DNA of 23,249 nt from Planctomycetota bacterium (GCA_021730845.1 JAKFYL010000157.1:1-23249); one strand, 5' to 3'. Positions 7,484-16,122 are shown, counted from the stretch's first letter. Numbers and translations: made by a program. Notes: generated by a model not told the origin, from the sequence alone.

Positions 7484-8124
7484 CTTGCGGCAGCCTCGAG
7501 CACGGCGCTCAAGACGCGCTGCGCCATGCGCTCGGCCGAGTGCAGCATGCGCAAAGGCGCGCCGGCATGGCCCGCGACCTGCGGCACCATGGGCGCTCGC
7601 TCGAGGACCAGGTAGCGGAACGCCTGCCGTTCTGGACGACTGCAGGCGTTGAACGTGCGTACGGCGCTGCGCACGCTGCGCTCATCCAAGGCGAAGGCGC
7701 GGCCGAGCGCTTCGAAGGCGTCGGCGATGCCCAGCAAATGCACTTCTTCGCGACTGGGATCGAGCGCGCCAAGTCCAATCCGCGAGCTAGCGGCCTGAGC
7801 GTTTCCCTGGGCCAGATCCAAAAGCTCCCGCTCAACGAGCTCTACCAGTCCGCGGCCGCTGGGCGCACCCGAAAGCACTCCCTTGGCACGCTGGGCCGTC
7901 GCTAGCGCACAGCGCAAGTACAGCTCTTCGCTGTCGATCAAGAAGCAGTGCTCCTGGAGCAAGGCGGCAAGGATCGCGCGCAGACCCAAGGGGTCCTCGT
8001 CGATCCAAGCCGCCAATCCAACCGGCTCCCGGGGTGGAACGGGCAACGAGTCAGGACGCGCTACTGACGAAACTGCGGGGTTCATGCGTGGGCACCGGCC
8101 AGCGCCAGTGCGCAGCCGACCCAT
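7480..8124 (-). CDS. Hypothetical regulatory protein with C-terminal sigma-70 region-4-like HTH
   Basis: The ORF track gives 214 aa; an alternative ATG (MNPAV...) is at 8085. The C-terminal segment RPERQAFRYLVLERAPMVPQVAGHAGAPLRMLHSAERMAQRVL resembles sigma-70/ECF region 4 (LPxRQREVFxLRyxEGLSxxEIAxxLGxSxGTVKSRLxRARxxL). I could not recognise a clear region 2, so this may be an r4-only HTH protein rather than a true sigma factor. Its stop TGA overlaps the ATG of the downstream bEBP-like gene (ATGA, complement of 7480-7483), indicating translational coupling. Confidence 0.45.
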   Translation of the reverse strand: MGRLRTGAGRCPRMNPAVSSVARPDSLPVPPREPVGLAAWIDEDPLGLRAILAALLQEHCFLIDSEELYLRCALATAQRAKGVLSGAPSGRGLVELVERELLDLAQGNAQAASSRIGLGALDPSREEVHLLGIADAFEALGRAFALDERSVRSAVRTFNACSRPERQAFRYLVLERAPMVPQVAGHAGAPLRMLHSAERMAQRVLSAVLEAAAR

Positions 8125-8143
8125 CGCCCCCGCTCAAAGGCAA

Positions 8144-8152
8144 TTTTTTTTT
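8144..8152. repeat. T9/A9 homopolymeric tract in the intergenic region upstream of the sigma-r4-like/bEBP-like operon
   Basis: Nine consecutive T at 8144-8152 on the + strand (A9 on the strand of the downstream genes), 20-28 nt upstream of the ORF-track start at 8124. This is a striking low-complexity run in a ~70% GC context. Confidence 0.9.
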
Positions 8153-8175
8153 AGCTGGGCGGTCCACGCGTCCAA
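8148..8175 (-). promoter_or_regulatory. Candidate sigma-70-type promoter for the 8124..5027 operon (-35 TTGGAC, 16-nt spacer, -10 TAAAAA formed by the A9 tract)
   Basis: Minus-strand reading gives TTGGAC (complement of 8170-8175), then 16 nt, then TAAAAA (complement of 8148-8153). This is the only -35/-10-like pair I can see in the 211-bp intergenic region. It would give a 5' UTR of about 17 nt if the start is at 8124. This is consensus matching by eye only. Confidence 0.25.
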
Positions 8176-8335
8176 GTTGACGGCCCAGGCATCGATTCTT
8201 CGGGCAGCTAGGCCGTCCCGGGACTGATCCAGGCCAAGCAGATCGCAACCCGGTCAAATTGGAGAGAAGTCACACGCAGCCCTGAAGCTTCGTGCGACTT
8301 CGAATACAGCGGTCCCGATCTGACTTAAGGTGGAC

Positions 8336-8893
8336 CTAGATCGGATCTTCGCTGCACGGGTCGCAAACGAATGCGTAGGCCCCAGAATAAGTGGCTTTGA
8401 CTTTGAAGCCACCGCCTGCGGCCGGAACTGCGGGACCAAAACTCCAGTTTCCGTCCAGGGTGACGATTCCGGAATTGCAAGTGACCCCGTCCGGACATAC
8501 CGAGCACTTCGCATCGGTCGCGTCCCACAAGTCCAGCTCGGCCTTGGATTTGGCGCTCGCTTGAGCTTGTGCCGGACCGGCCCCAAAGCCAACCGCGGTA
8601 ACGGTATTGAAGAACCCTGCGGAGCTCCCGCACTCGACAATGGCCGTAATCGCGGCCGCGCTCGGGAATTGATCCATGCCGACAGGTCCCGAACGCACCA
8701 ATCCCGGCTCGTTGGCACTCACCTTGGCCAAGAAGCCGTCGATGAGCTGACGTTCGAGTTCGGAGGGTTGACCCGTTGCCAATTGGGCCTGCGTGGCGTT
8801 GGGCGTGGCTGTGGGAACCGACTCGACGGTGGAGGGCCGAACTACCAACATGCCCAAGGATGCAAGGGCTGCTAGACAAGTAAATACTCTCAT
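8336..8893 (-). CDS. Secreted Cys-containing small hypothetical protein (lower GC than surroundings)
   Basis: The gene encodes 185 aa. The N-terminus MRVFTCLAALASLGMLVVRP is signal-peptide-like. Several Cys residues lie in the C-terminal half (CGSS, KCSVCPDGVTCNSG, FVCDPC). The first 60 nt are about 50% GC and the whole gene is clearly lower than the ~70% of neighbouring genes. An AAGGA SD-like element lies about 10 nt upstream of the ATG (complement of 8891-8893). Confidence 0.6.
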   Translation of the reverse strand: MRVFTCLAALASLGMLVVRPSTVESVPTATPNATQAQLATGQPSELERQLIDGFLAKVSANEPGLVRSGPVGMDQFPSAAAITAIVECGSSAGFFNTVTAVGFGAGPAQAQASAKSKAELDLWDATDAKCSVCPDGVTCNSGIVTLDGNWSFGPAVPAAGGGFKVKATYSGAYAFVCDPCSEDPI

Positions 8894-8997
8894 GTTCAGG
8901 TGATCCTTTGATCTTGAAAAACTGGAGCAACCTCACAATCGAGGTCGATGGCCAAGATTCCCCGTGTGGCTCGCGTATCGATTCAAGAAAATCGGCG

Positions 8998-9060
8998 CAA
9001 GTTTGCTGTACGGCGACAGCGAGCACGGGCCAGGCGCTGGCCTCGTTGCTGTATGGCGGC
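8998..9060 (+). promoter_or_regulatory. Direct repeats TTGCTGTAYGGCG (x2, 43 bp apart) flanking a GGCCAG-GCG-CTGGCC palindrome in the divergent promoter region between the Cys-rich gene and the S15 peptidase gene
   Basis: GTTTGCTGTACGGCG lies at 9001-9015 and GTTGCTGTATGGCGG at 9044-9058. An inverted repeat GGCCAGGCGCTGGCC lies at 9028-9042, with 6-bp arms and a 3-bp centre. TTGCTG is -35-like. TAGGAT/AGGAT lies 11 nt before the ATG at 9086. The surrounding 8894-9000 region is AT-richer than the rest of the window. Confidence 0.3.
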
Positions 9061-9085
9061 TCGGCCCGGATAGGATGCGCAAACC

Positions 9086-10936
9086 ATGGAACAACCGCTC
9101 TTGGCAGCCTTCGCTGCGACTGCCGTCGTGCTCCCCCACCAATCACCTGAGGCGGCGCGCGCTGCGCATGTGATCGTGGACGGTCAGGCGCAGATCGTCG
9201 AGGCCTTCAAGCAGCGCGAGGAGTGGATCCAGCAGCACCTGTGGGTCGAAACCTCATTTGATTCGGACGGCGACGGCCGCATGGATCGCATGCACGTCGA
9301 TGTGACCAGGCCCAAGCAGACCGAGAGCGAGGGCTTGAAAGTGCCCGTGATCTACGAGACGTCGCCGTATTTCGCCGGCACCGGCCCTGACGACAAGTCC
9401 TTCTTTTGGAATCCCGAGCAGGAACTTGGCGGGCCGCCCAAACCGCGTCCGACCATGGCTCACGTCAAGCGCCCGGCTGAACCAGGCATGATCGCGCGCA
9501 GCGAGACGCGAACCTGGGTGCCGCGCGGCTTCGCGGTGGTGCACTCCTCGTCGCCGGGCACGGGTTGGTCGGACGGCTGCCCGACCGTCGGCGGCGACAA
9601 CGAGTCGCTGGCGCCCAAGGCCGTGATCGATTGGCTGTGCGGACGCGCCAAGGGCTGGACCGCAGCGCAAGGCGGCGAACCGGTCGTCGCGCATTGGTCG
9701 ACGGGCAAGGTCGGCATGATCGGCACTTCCTACAACGGCACGCTGCCGCTGGCGGCTGCGACGACGGGCGTCGAAGGGCTCGAAGCCATCGTGCCCATAG
9801 CGCCCAACACGTCCTACTACCACTACTACCGCTCGCACGGACTCGTGCGTCATCCGGGTGGCTACATCGGCGAGGACGTCGACGTGCTCTACGACTTCAT
9901 CCACAGCGGCGACCCGGCGCGCGACACGTGGTGCGACCAGACCGTGCGCGAGAAAGAGATGCTGGCGCGGATGGACCGCGTCACCGGTGACTGGAACGAA
10001 TTCTGGGCTGAGCGCGACTATCTGCTCGACCTGGGGCCGATGAAGGCCGCTTGCCTGATGGCGCACGGCTTCAACGATTGGAACGTGATGCCCGAGCACA
10101 GCGCGCGCATCTATCTGGCATTGCGTGAGAAGGGCGTGCCGAGCATGGCCTACTACCATCAAGGCGGTCACGGCGGACCGCCGCCGCCGGAACTGGTCAA
10201 CAAGTGGTTCACCAAGTACCTGCTCGGCGTCGACAACGGAATCGACAAGGGCCCGCGCGCCTGGATCGTGCGCGAGGGCGCGAAGTGGGATGCTCCAACT
10301 GCCTACGAAGATTGGCCCAACCCCGCGGCCCAAAACGTCGTGCTGCATCCTCTGCCGGGAGGCGCGCGCATGGGCGAACTCGCATTCGCGGGCGTGGCAC
10401 AGACGATTGTAGAAACACTGGTCGATGACGTGAGCGTGGATGGCGCCACGCTGGCCAAGGCCGCCGAGTCACCCGCGCGTCTCTTGTACGCGACGCCGGT
10501 GCTGACGCAACCGGTGCATCTATCGGGTCTGGCGCGCGCAACCGTGACGCTGAGCTGCGACAAGCCGGCCACCAACCTATCCGTGTGGCTGGTGGCACTC
10601 CCTTGGACCGAAGAAGGCCGCATCGGCGAAAATGTGATCACGCGCGGCTGGGCCGACCCGCAGAACCGCAACTCGATCGAAAAGAGCGAACCGCTCGAGC
10701 CCGGCAAGCCGGTCACGGTCAGTTTCGATCTGCAGCCCGACGACCAGGTCGTTCCCGCGGGCAAACGCCTCGCCTGGATGGTTTTCGCCAGCGACCGCGA
10801 GTTCACGCTTTGGCCGGCGCCGGGCACGAGATTGTCGGTCGATCTATCCGGCACGCTGCTGGAGCTGCCGATCGTCGGCGGCAAAGCTGCTTTGGAATCC
10901 GCCATTCGACCCACCGGCCCGCCGGCGACGAAGTGA
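9086..10936 (+). CDS. Xaa-Pro dipeptidyl-peptidase / CocE-NonD family hydrolase (peptidase S15), secreted
   Basis: The gene encodes 616 aa. The alpha/beta-hydrolase nucleophile motif GxSYxG is present in GMIGTSYNGTLP. The overall size and the C-terminal beta-sandwich region (LSVWLVALPW...) are typical of the PepX_C/CocE-NonD architecture. The N-terminus MEQPLLAAFAATAVVLP is signal-like. An AGGAT sequence lies about 11 nt upstream of the ATG. Confidence 0.8.
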   Translation: MEQPLLAAFAATAVVLPHQSPEAARAAHVIVDGQAQIVEAFKQREEWIQQHLWVETSFDSDGDGRMDRMHVDVTRPKQTESEGLKVPVIYETSPYFAGTGPDDKSFFWNPEQELGGPPKPRPTMAHVKRPAEPGMIARSETRTWVPRGFAVVHSSSPGTGWSDGCPTVGGDNESLAPKAVIDWLCGRAKGWTAAQGGEPVVAHWSTGKVGMIGTSYNGTLPLAAATTGVEGLEAIVPIAPNTSYYHYYRSHGLVRHPGGYIGEDVDVLYDFIHSGDPARDTWCDQTVREKEMLARMDRVTGDWNEFWAERDYLLDLGPMKAACLMAHGFNDWNVMPEHSARIYLALREKGVPSMAYYHQGGHGGPPPPELVNKWFTKYLLGVDNGIDKGPRAWIVREGAKWDAPTAYEDWPNPAAQNVVLHPLPGGARMGELAFAGVAQTIVETLVDDVSVDGATLAKAAESPARLLYATPVLTQPVHLSGLARATVTLSCDKPATNLSVWLVALPWTEEGRIGENVITRGWADPQNRNSIEKSEPLEPGKPVTVSFDLQPDDQVVPAGKRLAWMVFASDREFTLWPAPGTRLSVDLSGTLLELPIVGGKAALESAIRPTGPPATK

Positions 10937-10969
10937 CGCCAAGAGCGACATCGCTCGCTCGAACCCGCT

Positions 10970-12480
10970 CTAGCTCCCGTGCACTTTGACCGGGAACGTG
11001 GCGTTCTCGTTCATCTCGCGCTCGAGAATTTCCTGTGCGGCCGCGACGACCTCCGGTCGCTGTGCGGCGAGGTCGCTTGTTTCGCCGGGATCTTGCACTA
11101 GGTCATACACCTCCCACGCTTTGACTAGCTCGGGTCGATGCAGATTCGTGCGCACGGCCTTCATGGGCCCCATCCGCACGGCGACCTGGCCGCCGTACTC
11201 GGGGAACACCCAAACCATGGGATTGCGGAGCGCCTGTTCTCCCCGGCCCGTCAGCGTCGGCAAGAGGTTCACTCCATCGAGCCCAGATGGAAGTTCCGCT
11301 CCGGTCGCCGCGCACAGCGTGGGGAATTGATCCGGAAAATAGGTGGGAAAATCGCTGCTGCTGCCTGCCGGAATGTGCTTGGGCCAGCGGACGATCAATG
11401 GCACGCGCAGGCCGCCTTCGTGCACGCTGCCCTTGAATCCGCGCAACCCGCCAGTGCTCTGAAAGAACTTCGTGTCCGCGCCTCCCGTTCCAAACTCGGG
11501 GTCGCCGGGATGGCCATGGGTAGCTCCGTTGTCGCTGGTCAGGATCACGATCGTGTTGCCGGTCAGTCCGAGCTCGTCCAGCGTGTTCAGAATCCTTCCG
11601 ACATGCTCGTCAAGACTCGTGATCAAGGCCGCGTATCCCGCTCGCGGACGCGGGTGAGGCGTGTAGCCGCATTGGCCGCGGTAGGGACGCGTGTCCCACT
11701 CCTGTGGATAGGTCTCGACGATGCGCCGCGGCGGGTGCAGCGCGACATGCGGTTCGATGAACGGCAGATACAAGAAAAATGGCCGATCCTTGTGCTCGTT
11801 TAGGAACGCGACGGCGGCCTCCAGCATCAGATCGGGCGCATAGTGCTCGCCCTCCCAGTCCTCGTAGCGCACGTCCCCTTCGGGCTGCTTCTTGGATCCT
11901 GGAATCGGCGCTTCCTGCAGCGGAACGCGCTCCGTGTTGCGCCACAGGTGCGGCGGATAGTAGCTGTGGGCGACCGCTTGGCAGTTGTAGCCGAAGAACT
12001 GGTCGATGCCCTGCAAGTGCGGCGCTCCACTGGTTCCTACCGGGCCTAGCCCCCACTTCCCCATCGCGCCAGTTACATAGCCTGCTTCCTTCAGCGTGCC
12101 CGGCAGCGTCCGCGTCCCGGCCGCGAGCGGATGCTGTCCTTCCGCGGGCTGTCCCCGCTCGTCCGTGAACTGCATGTTGCCGCGGATTTGCGCATGCCCA
12201 AGGTGGAGCCCCGTCAGCAGCACACAGCGCGAAGGAGCGCACACGGGAGCTCCGGAGTACGCCTGTGTGAAGCGCATGCCCTGGCTCGCGAGCCGGTCCA
12301 TGTGCGGGGTGCGAATCTTGGTTTGGCCGTAGCACCCCAATTCTCCCCAGCCCAGATCGTCAGCCAAAAGGAACACGATATTGGGACGATCGAGGCGCTC
12401 TTGTTCCTGAGCCCGCGCGGGTGGCAAGGACGAGAGCGTCAAGACCAGCACACAGGCGGCGGCAAGCAGGCGATTCATGT
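10970..12480 (-). CDS. Cys-type sulfatase (arylsulfatase A family)
   Basis: The sulfatase signature C-x-P-S-R is present in PVCAPSRCVLLTG (the site of formylglycine modification). An LADDLGWGELGCYG segment is present. A signal peptide MNRLLAAACVLVLTLSSLPPARA starts at an ATG (complement of 12478-12480). The ORF track extends to 12571, but the extension lacks any sign of coding. Confidence 0.9.
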
Positions 12481-12589
12481 GGCATCCGGGCGAAACGCGA
12501 ACGAGGCCAGTGGGGACCGTCCCAAGCCGCCAGGGATCAGCAGCATACGTTTCCTCTGCTCGCGGCCGCAACTTGCCTCTCTCACCCCA

Positions 12590-14797
12590 ATGCCACTAGA
12601 TTTCGCCGCCATGCTCCCCCTTCTGTTGTGCCTTACCACCACTCTCCAACAGCCAACTCCCCCGGCGCGCCCTGTGCCGCTGCACTCAGGGCGCGAAGTC
12701 AGCTTCGAGTTCCACTTCACTTACAGCGAGGACCACGAAAAGGCCATCAGCCCAGAAGCGAGCATGAACTTTAGTTCTCGTCGCAAGGGGGTCGTGCACG
12801 CCACGCTGCAGCGCTACGAGGCCTACGCCGGCATCGACTCCTTCAAGTATGAAGGTCCGGGCAGCGGGCTGATATCCATCGATGACCAGATCGTATGGCG
12901 CTCGGGCGGCGGAGACGTGACGCAGCGCGAACACGGTTCGGGCGTGCCGGTCGAAATGATCGTGACCTTGCACCTCGACACGCCCCGCAACGTGTACTCG
13001 TTCGCGATCGAATGCGCGACCAAGACCGACGTCGTGAACACTGGTCCCTCGACCACGACTACCCAAGCGAACACTGCGGGAGTGGCGTGGAGTTCGCCCG
13101 AGTTCCCGCTTGCGCCAGGCCGGGCGAGTATCTCCGACGGCCGGACATTTCAACTGGAAGCTGGCGACGGCGGGCTGGGCAACAACGTCGTGCCCTTGGG
13201 TCGCGTGATGAAGATGACCGATGGCAAGGAACTCGAAGCGGTGCGCGCGGATTGGCTGATCGACCGTCCGGGTCCCAGGCCGGAGGTCGAGCTCACCTTC
13301 GAGGTCGAAGACTACGACCGTTGGCTACCGCGCGGCCCCAAGGCCACCTCCGAAGAACCCGGCAACACGGCTCTCGTCGTGGCGACACTGGCGCGCAAGG
13401 ATGGTCAGCCGCTCGAGCGCGGAGCATTGTTCGTGACCTTCGAGCTCACCAAGAGTTCCGCCGAGCCGGGTGTGTGCTTGAACGTCCCCCCGGCCGGCAC
13501 CAGCCAAGCATCCAACGCAGCCGACCTGGGCTTTGTCGGCGGCGCCGACGCGTCGCCGCAGGGCCCAGGCGCGAGCCGCGCGCAAACCGCCTTCGGCAAT
13601 TGGTCGCGCGCGACGGCCTCGGTCGGCGCCTTCGACTGGGGCGCCTATGGCGAGCTGGAAGTGCGCGCCTATGTGCCGCACCTGGGCGAAGTGCGCGGGC
13701 GCCACCGACCGAATGGCGAGCTGTCCGCGCGCCTGCCCAAACGCGCACCGGACTCGTTCGTCGGCGACGCGTGGAAGGAAAGCCACGGTGTCGCCGGCGT
13801 TCCAGACGATTCCGACCAAGAGCGCACCGACGGCAACGGCCACGACGGCGACGGCTACACCCTGTACGAGGAGTATCGTGGGATCGTCGCGCTCGGCCAT
13901 CACTCGCGCGATCGCTCCCAGAGTGCCTTGTTGCCGCGCACGAAGGACTTGGTAGTGCTGCTCGGCGAACAGCCGCGTAGCGCGGGTGGTGTGACATACT
14001 TGCCACTGAGCGCGAGCGATCGTGCGCACCTCGAAGGTGGTTACGACATGTTCGAGTCGGCCACGCTTGGCGCGCGCATCGTCGCCATAAAGGAGCGCGA
14101 ATCCCATCCGACACGCGAAGTCAATCACAACAGCAAGAGCCACAAGCGCGGCGAACAGTTCGGTGTGCTGCTGCTCAGCGCGCCTGGAAACACGGGCGGC
14201 AGTCCGGGCGCAGTCCTCGACGTGGGCGGCGCCTTCCCGCTCGAACGTCACCCGAAATCACCGCGCACGACGGACTGGGTCGCCTTCGACTTCGGCGGTC
14301 TGAGCACCAACTACCAAGCCCAGCGCAGCGCCATGGAAGCGGCCGGTCTGACGCTGCCGTACACGCTCCAAAACGAGATCTCGAACACGGTGGCGCACGA
14401 ACTCGCGCACAGTTGCGGAGTCAACCACCACGGCGACAACGAAACCCAAGGTCCTACGCGCCAGCCCAAGACGTTGCCGGCGGGGAAATACAAAGTCTTC
14501 GACTCGTTTGGGAATGCGCTCGCCGATGCCGACATACCGGACGTGCTGCGCGGCTCGATCGCCCCGGACTTCAGCCGTTCGAGCGGAGACTTGCACTGCA
14601 TCATGGCCTACAACAACGCCTACGCGTGGCGCCTTACGCGCGGCGATGGCTACATTTGGCGCGCGGTCTTGCCGGGCCCATTGGGCACGAGCTTGTGCAT
14701 AGGCAAGGATGGCGATCCGCCCAACGCCCTATTTGGACCGGCCGCGGCCGGCGGCGGCGCGTGTCGCGGCAAGGTGAAGCTGCGCTGCTACGACTAG
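12590..14797 (+). CDS. Secreted zinc metalloprotease with metzincin-type HExxHxxGxxH motif and large uncharacterised N-terminal region
   Basis: ORF track gives 12131..14797. The upstream part overlaps the sulfatase gene in antisense, so the first plausible start is the ATG at 12590 (MPLDFAAMLPLLLCLTT, signal-like). A perfect extended zinc-binding consensus HELAHSCGVNH lies at nt 14396-14428. A candidate Met-turn (LHCIMAY) follows about 55 residues downstream. There is an Asp/Gly-rich stretch DGNGHDGDGYT. The C-terminal tail is Cys-rich (CRGKVKLRCYD). Confidence 0.65.
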   Translation: MPLDFAAMLPLLLCLTTTLQQPTPPARPVPLHSGREVSFEFHFTYSEDHEKAISPEASMNFSSRRKGVVHATLQRYEAYAGIDSFKYEGPGSGLISIDDQIVWRSGGGDVTQREHGSGVPVEMIVTLHLDTPRNVYSFAIECATKTDVVNTGPSTTTTQANTAGVAWSSPEFPLAPGRASISDGRTFQLEAGDGGLGNNVVPLGRVMKMTDGKELEAVRADWLIDRPGPRPEVELTFEVEDYDRWLPRGPKATSEEPGNTALVVATLARKDGQPLERGALFVTFELTKSSAEPGVCLNVPPAGTSQASNAADLGFVGGADASPQGPGASRAQTAFGNWSRATASVGAFDWGAYGELEVRAYVPHLGEVRGRHRPNGELSARLPKRAPDSFVGDAWKESHGVAGVPDDSDQERTDGNGHDGDGYTLYEEYRGIVALGHHSRDRSQSALLPRTKDLVVLLGEQPRSAGGVTYLPLSASDRAHLEGGYDMFESATLGARIVAIKERESHPTREVNHNSKSHKRGEQFGVLLLSAPGNTGGSPGAVLDVGGAFPLERHPKSPRTTDWVAFDFGGLSTNYQAQRSAMEAAGLTLPYTLQNEISNTVAHELAHSCGVNHHGDNETQGPTRQPKTLPAGKYKVFDSFGNALADADIPDVLRGSIAPDFSRSSGDLHCIMAYNNAYAWRLTRGDGYIWRAVLPGPLGTSLCIGKDGDPPNALFGPAAAGGGACRGKVKLRCYD

Positions 14798-14820
14798 CAC
14801 CGGAGCTTGTTGCGCGGTGA

Positions 14821-16122
14821 CTAGTGCAGCGCGTAGAAGACCCCGTCCATGCTGCCCACATAGACGACACCCTGGTCCACAACCGGCGATGCCATGATGG
14901 CGCCTATCTGGGTGAAGCGGTAGAAGTCGATGTACATGTCCTGGAAGTCGTGAAAAATAGGCACGAATGCATCCTGGTTGAGACGGCCGCTGGGATCCAA
15001 GAAATTGCCGCTGTTTTGCTTCGAGAGCGGCGTCTGGAACTCCCACTGCAAGTCGCCGGTCCGCGCGTCGACCGCGTATAGCTTGCCGTTGTGGCAGCCG
15101 AAGTAGGCGCTGCCTCCCGCCAGGGCTGCGGAGGAAAACACGTAGGCCTTCGCGTCGAAGTTGAATTTCAGCTTTCCGGTCTTGGCGTCGAGTGCCAGGA
15201 ACCTGGAACTATCCGAAGTGCCCACATAGACAGTGCCTTCGTACACTGCCGGCGTTCCAATCACCCAGGACTTGCTCGTTGGATAGTCCCATTTCTTGAC
15301 ACCGGTGCCGGCTTCGATCGCGTAGACGTGCGCATCCCGGGATCCGACGTAGACAACGCCGTCGACCACCGCGGGCGAGGACTGAAATCCGACTTGATTG
15401 TGAATCGCCGGATCCTGGCCACCTTGGAAGACCCACTTCCGGCTGCCCGTGTCGGCATCGATGGCGTACAAGCGTCCATCCCAGCTGCCGATGTAGACGG
15501 TTCCATCCACCACCGCAGGCGAGGAATGCACTACGTCGCCCGTGGAGAATTTCCACTGCAGCACGCCGGAATCGGCGTCGACTGCATACACCCCGCCATC
15601 GCCGCTGCCGAAATACGCTCGCCCTTCGGCGACCGCAGGCGACGAAACGAAAACATCCCAGGCATCCGGGATCGTTTGCGCGGCGGGCGGATAGCCATGC
15701 AGGTTCTTGGCCTCGAATTTCTTGTCGTAGTCCGCGACGAAGACCCAATTGGGCTTGCCGCTGACTAGATCGAGCGAAGCCAGTCCGCCCACGGACGATA
15801 CGAAGTACAGCGCCTTGTCCGTCACCGCGGGCGAGGACGCAATCGCGCGGCTGGACTTGAACTGCCACTTCTCCGCGCCGGTCTGTTGGTCGAGCGCGTA
15901 CAGATAACCGGCGTAGTCCGCGACGTATACCAGCCCGCCGGCGATCGCAGCAGAGCTCACGATCGGGCCTTGAGCCTTGAAGCTCCATTGCACGCCGCCG
16001 AAGCGGACTGGGCCGCTGGCCTGATACGAGCCGGTGCGCGCACTGTTCCCGTGAAAGGTCGATTGCGACAACGCATAGGGCGCTAGCCCTGCGACGATGG
16101 AGATGATTGCCAATGTTCGCAT
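14821..16122 (-). CDS. PQQ-like beta-propeller repeat protein (BamB/PQQ-repeat family), secreted
   Basis: PQQ-type repeats recur throughout, for example GLVYVADYAGYLYALDQQTGAEKWQF, GTVYIGSWDGRLYAIDADTGSRKWVF, GVVYVGSRDAHVYAIEAGTGVKKW, GSAYFGCHNGKLYAVDARTGDLQWEF and GVVYVGSMDGVFYAL. A signal peptide MRTLAIISIVAGLAPYALSQS starts at the ATG that is the complement of 16120-16122. The ORF track extension to 16329 appears non-coding. Confidence 0.8.
   Translation of the reverse strand: MRTLAIISIVAGLAPYALSQSTFHGNSARTGSYQASGPVRFGGVQWSFKAQGPIVSSAAIAGGLVYVADYAGYLYALDQQTGAEKWQFKSSRAIASSPAVTDKALYFVSSVGGLASLDLVSGKPNWVFVADYDKKFEAKNLHGYPPAAQTIPDAWDVFVSSPAVAEGRAYFGSGDGGVYAVDADSGVLQWKFSTGDVVHSSPAVVDGTVYIGSWDGRLYAIDADTGSRKWVFQGGQDPAIHNQVGFQSSPAVVDGVVYVGSRDAHVYAIEAGTGVKKWDYPTSKSWVIGTPAVYEGTVYVGTSDSSRFLALDAKTGKLKFNFDAKAYVFSSAALAGGSAYFGCHNGKLYAVDARTGDLQWEFQTPLSKQNSGNFLDPSGRLNQDAFVPIFHDFQDMYIDFYRFTQIGAIMASPVVDQGVVYVGSMDGVFYALH

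Noticed and set aside
12131-12589. 5' extension of the metalloprotease ORF back to 12131
   Set aside because: It overlaps the 5' end of the sulfatase gene on the opposite strand (to 12480). The translation there (MLSFRGLSPLVRELHVAADLRMPK...) is not signal-peptide-like. The first ATG followed by a hydrophobic signal-like segment is at 12590.
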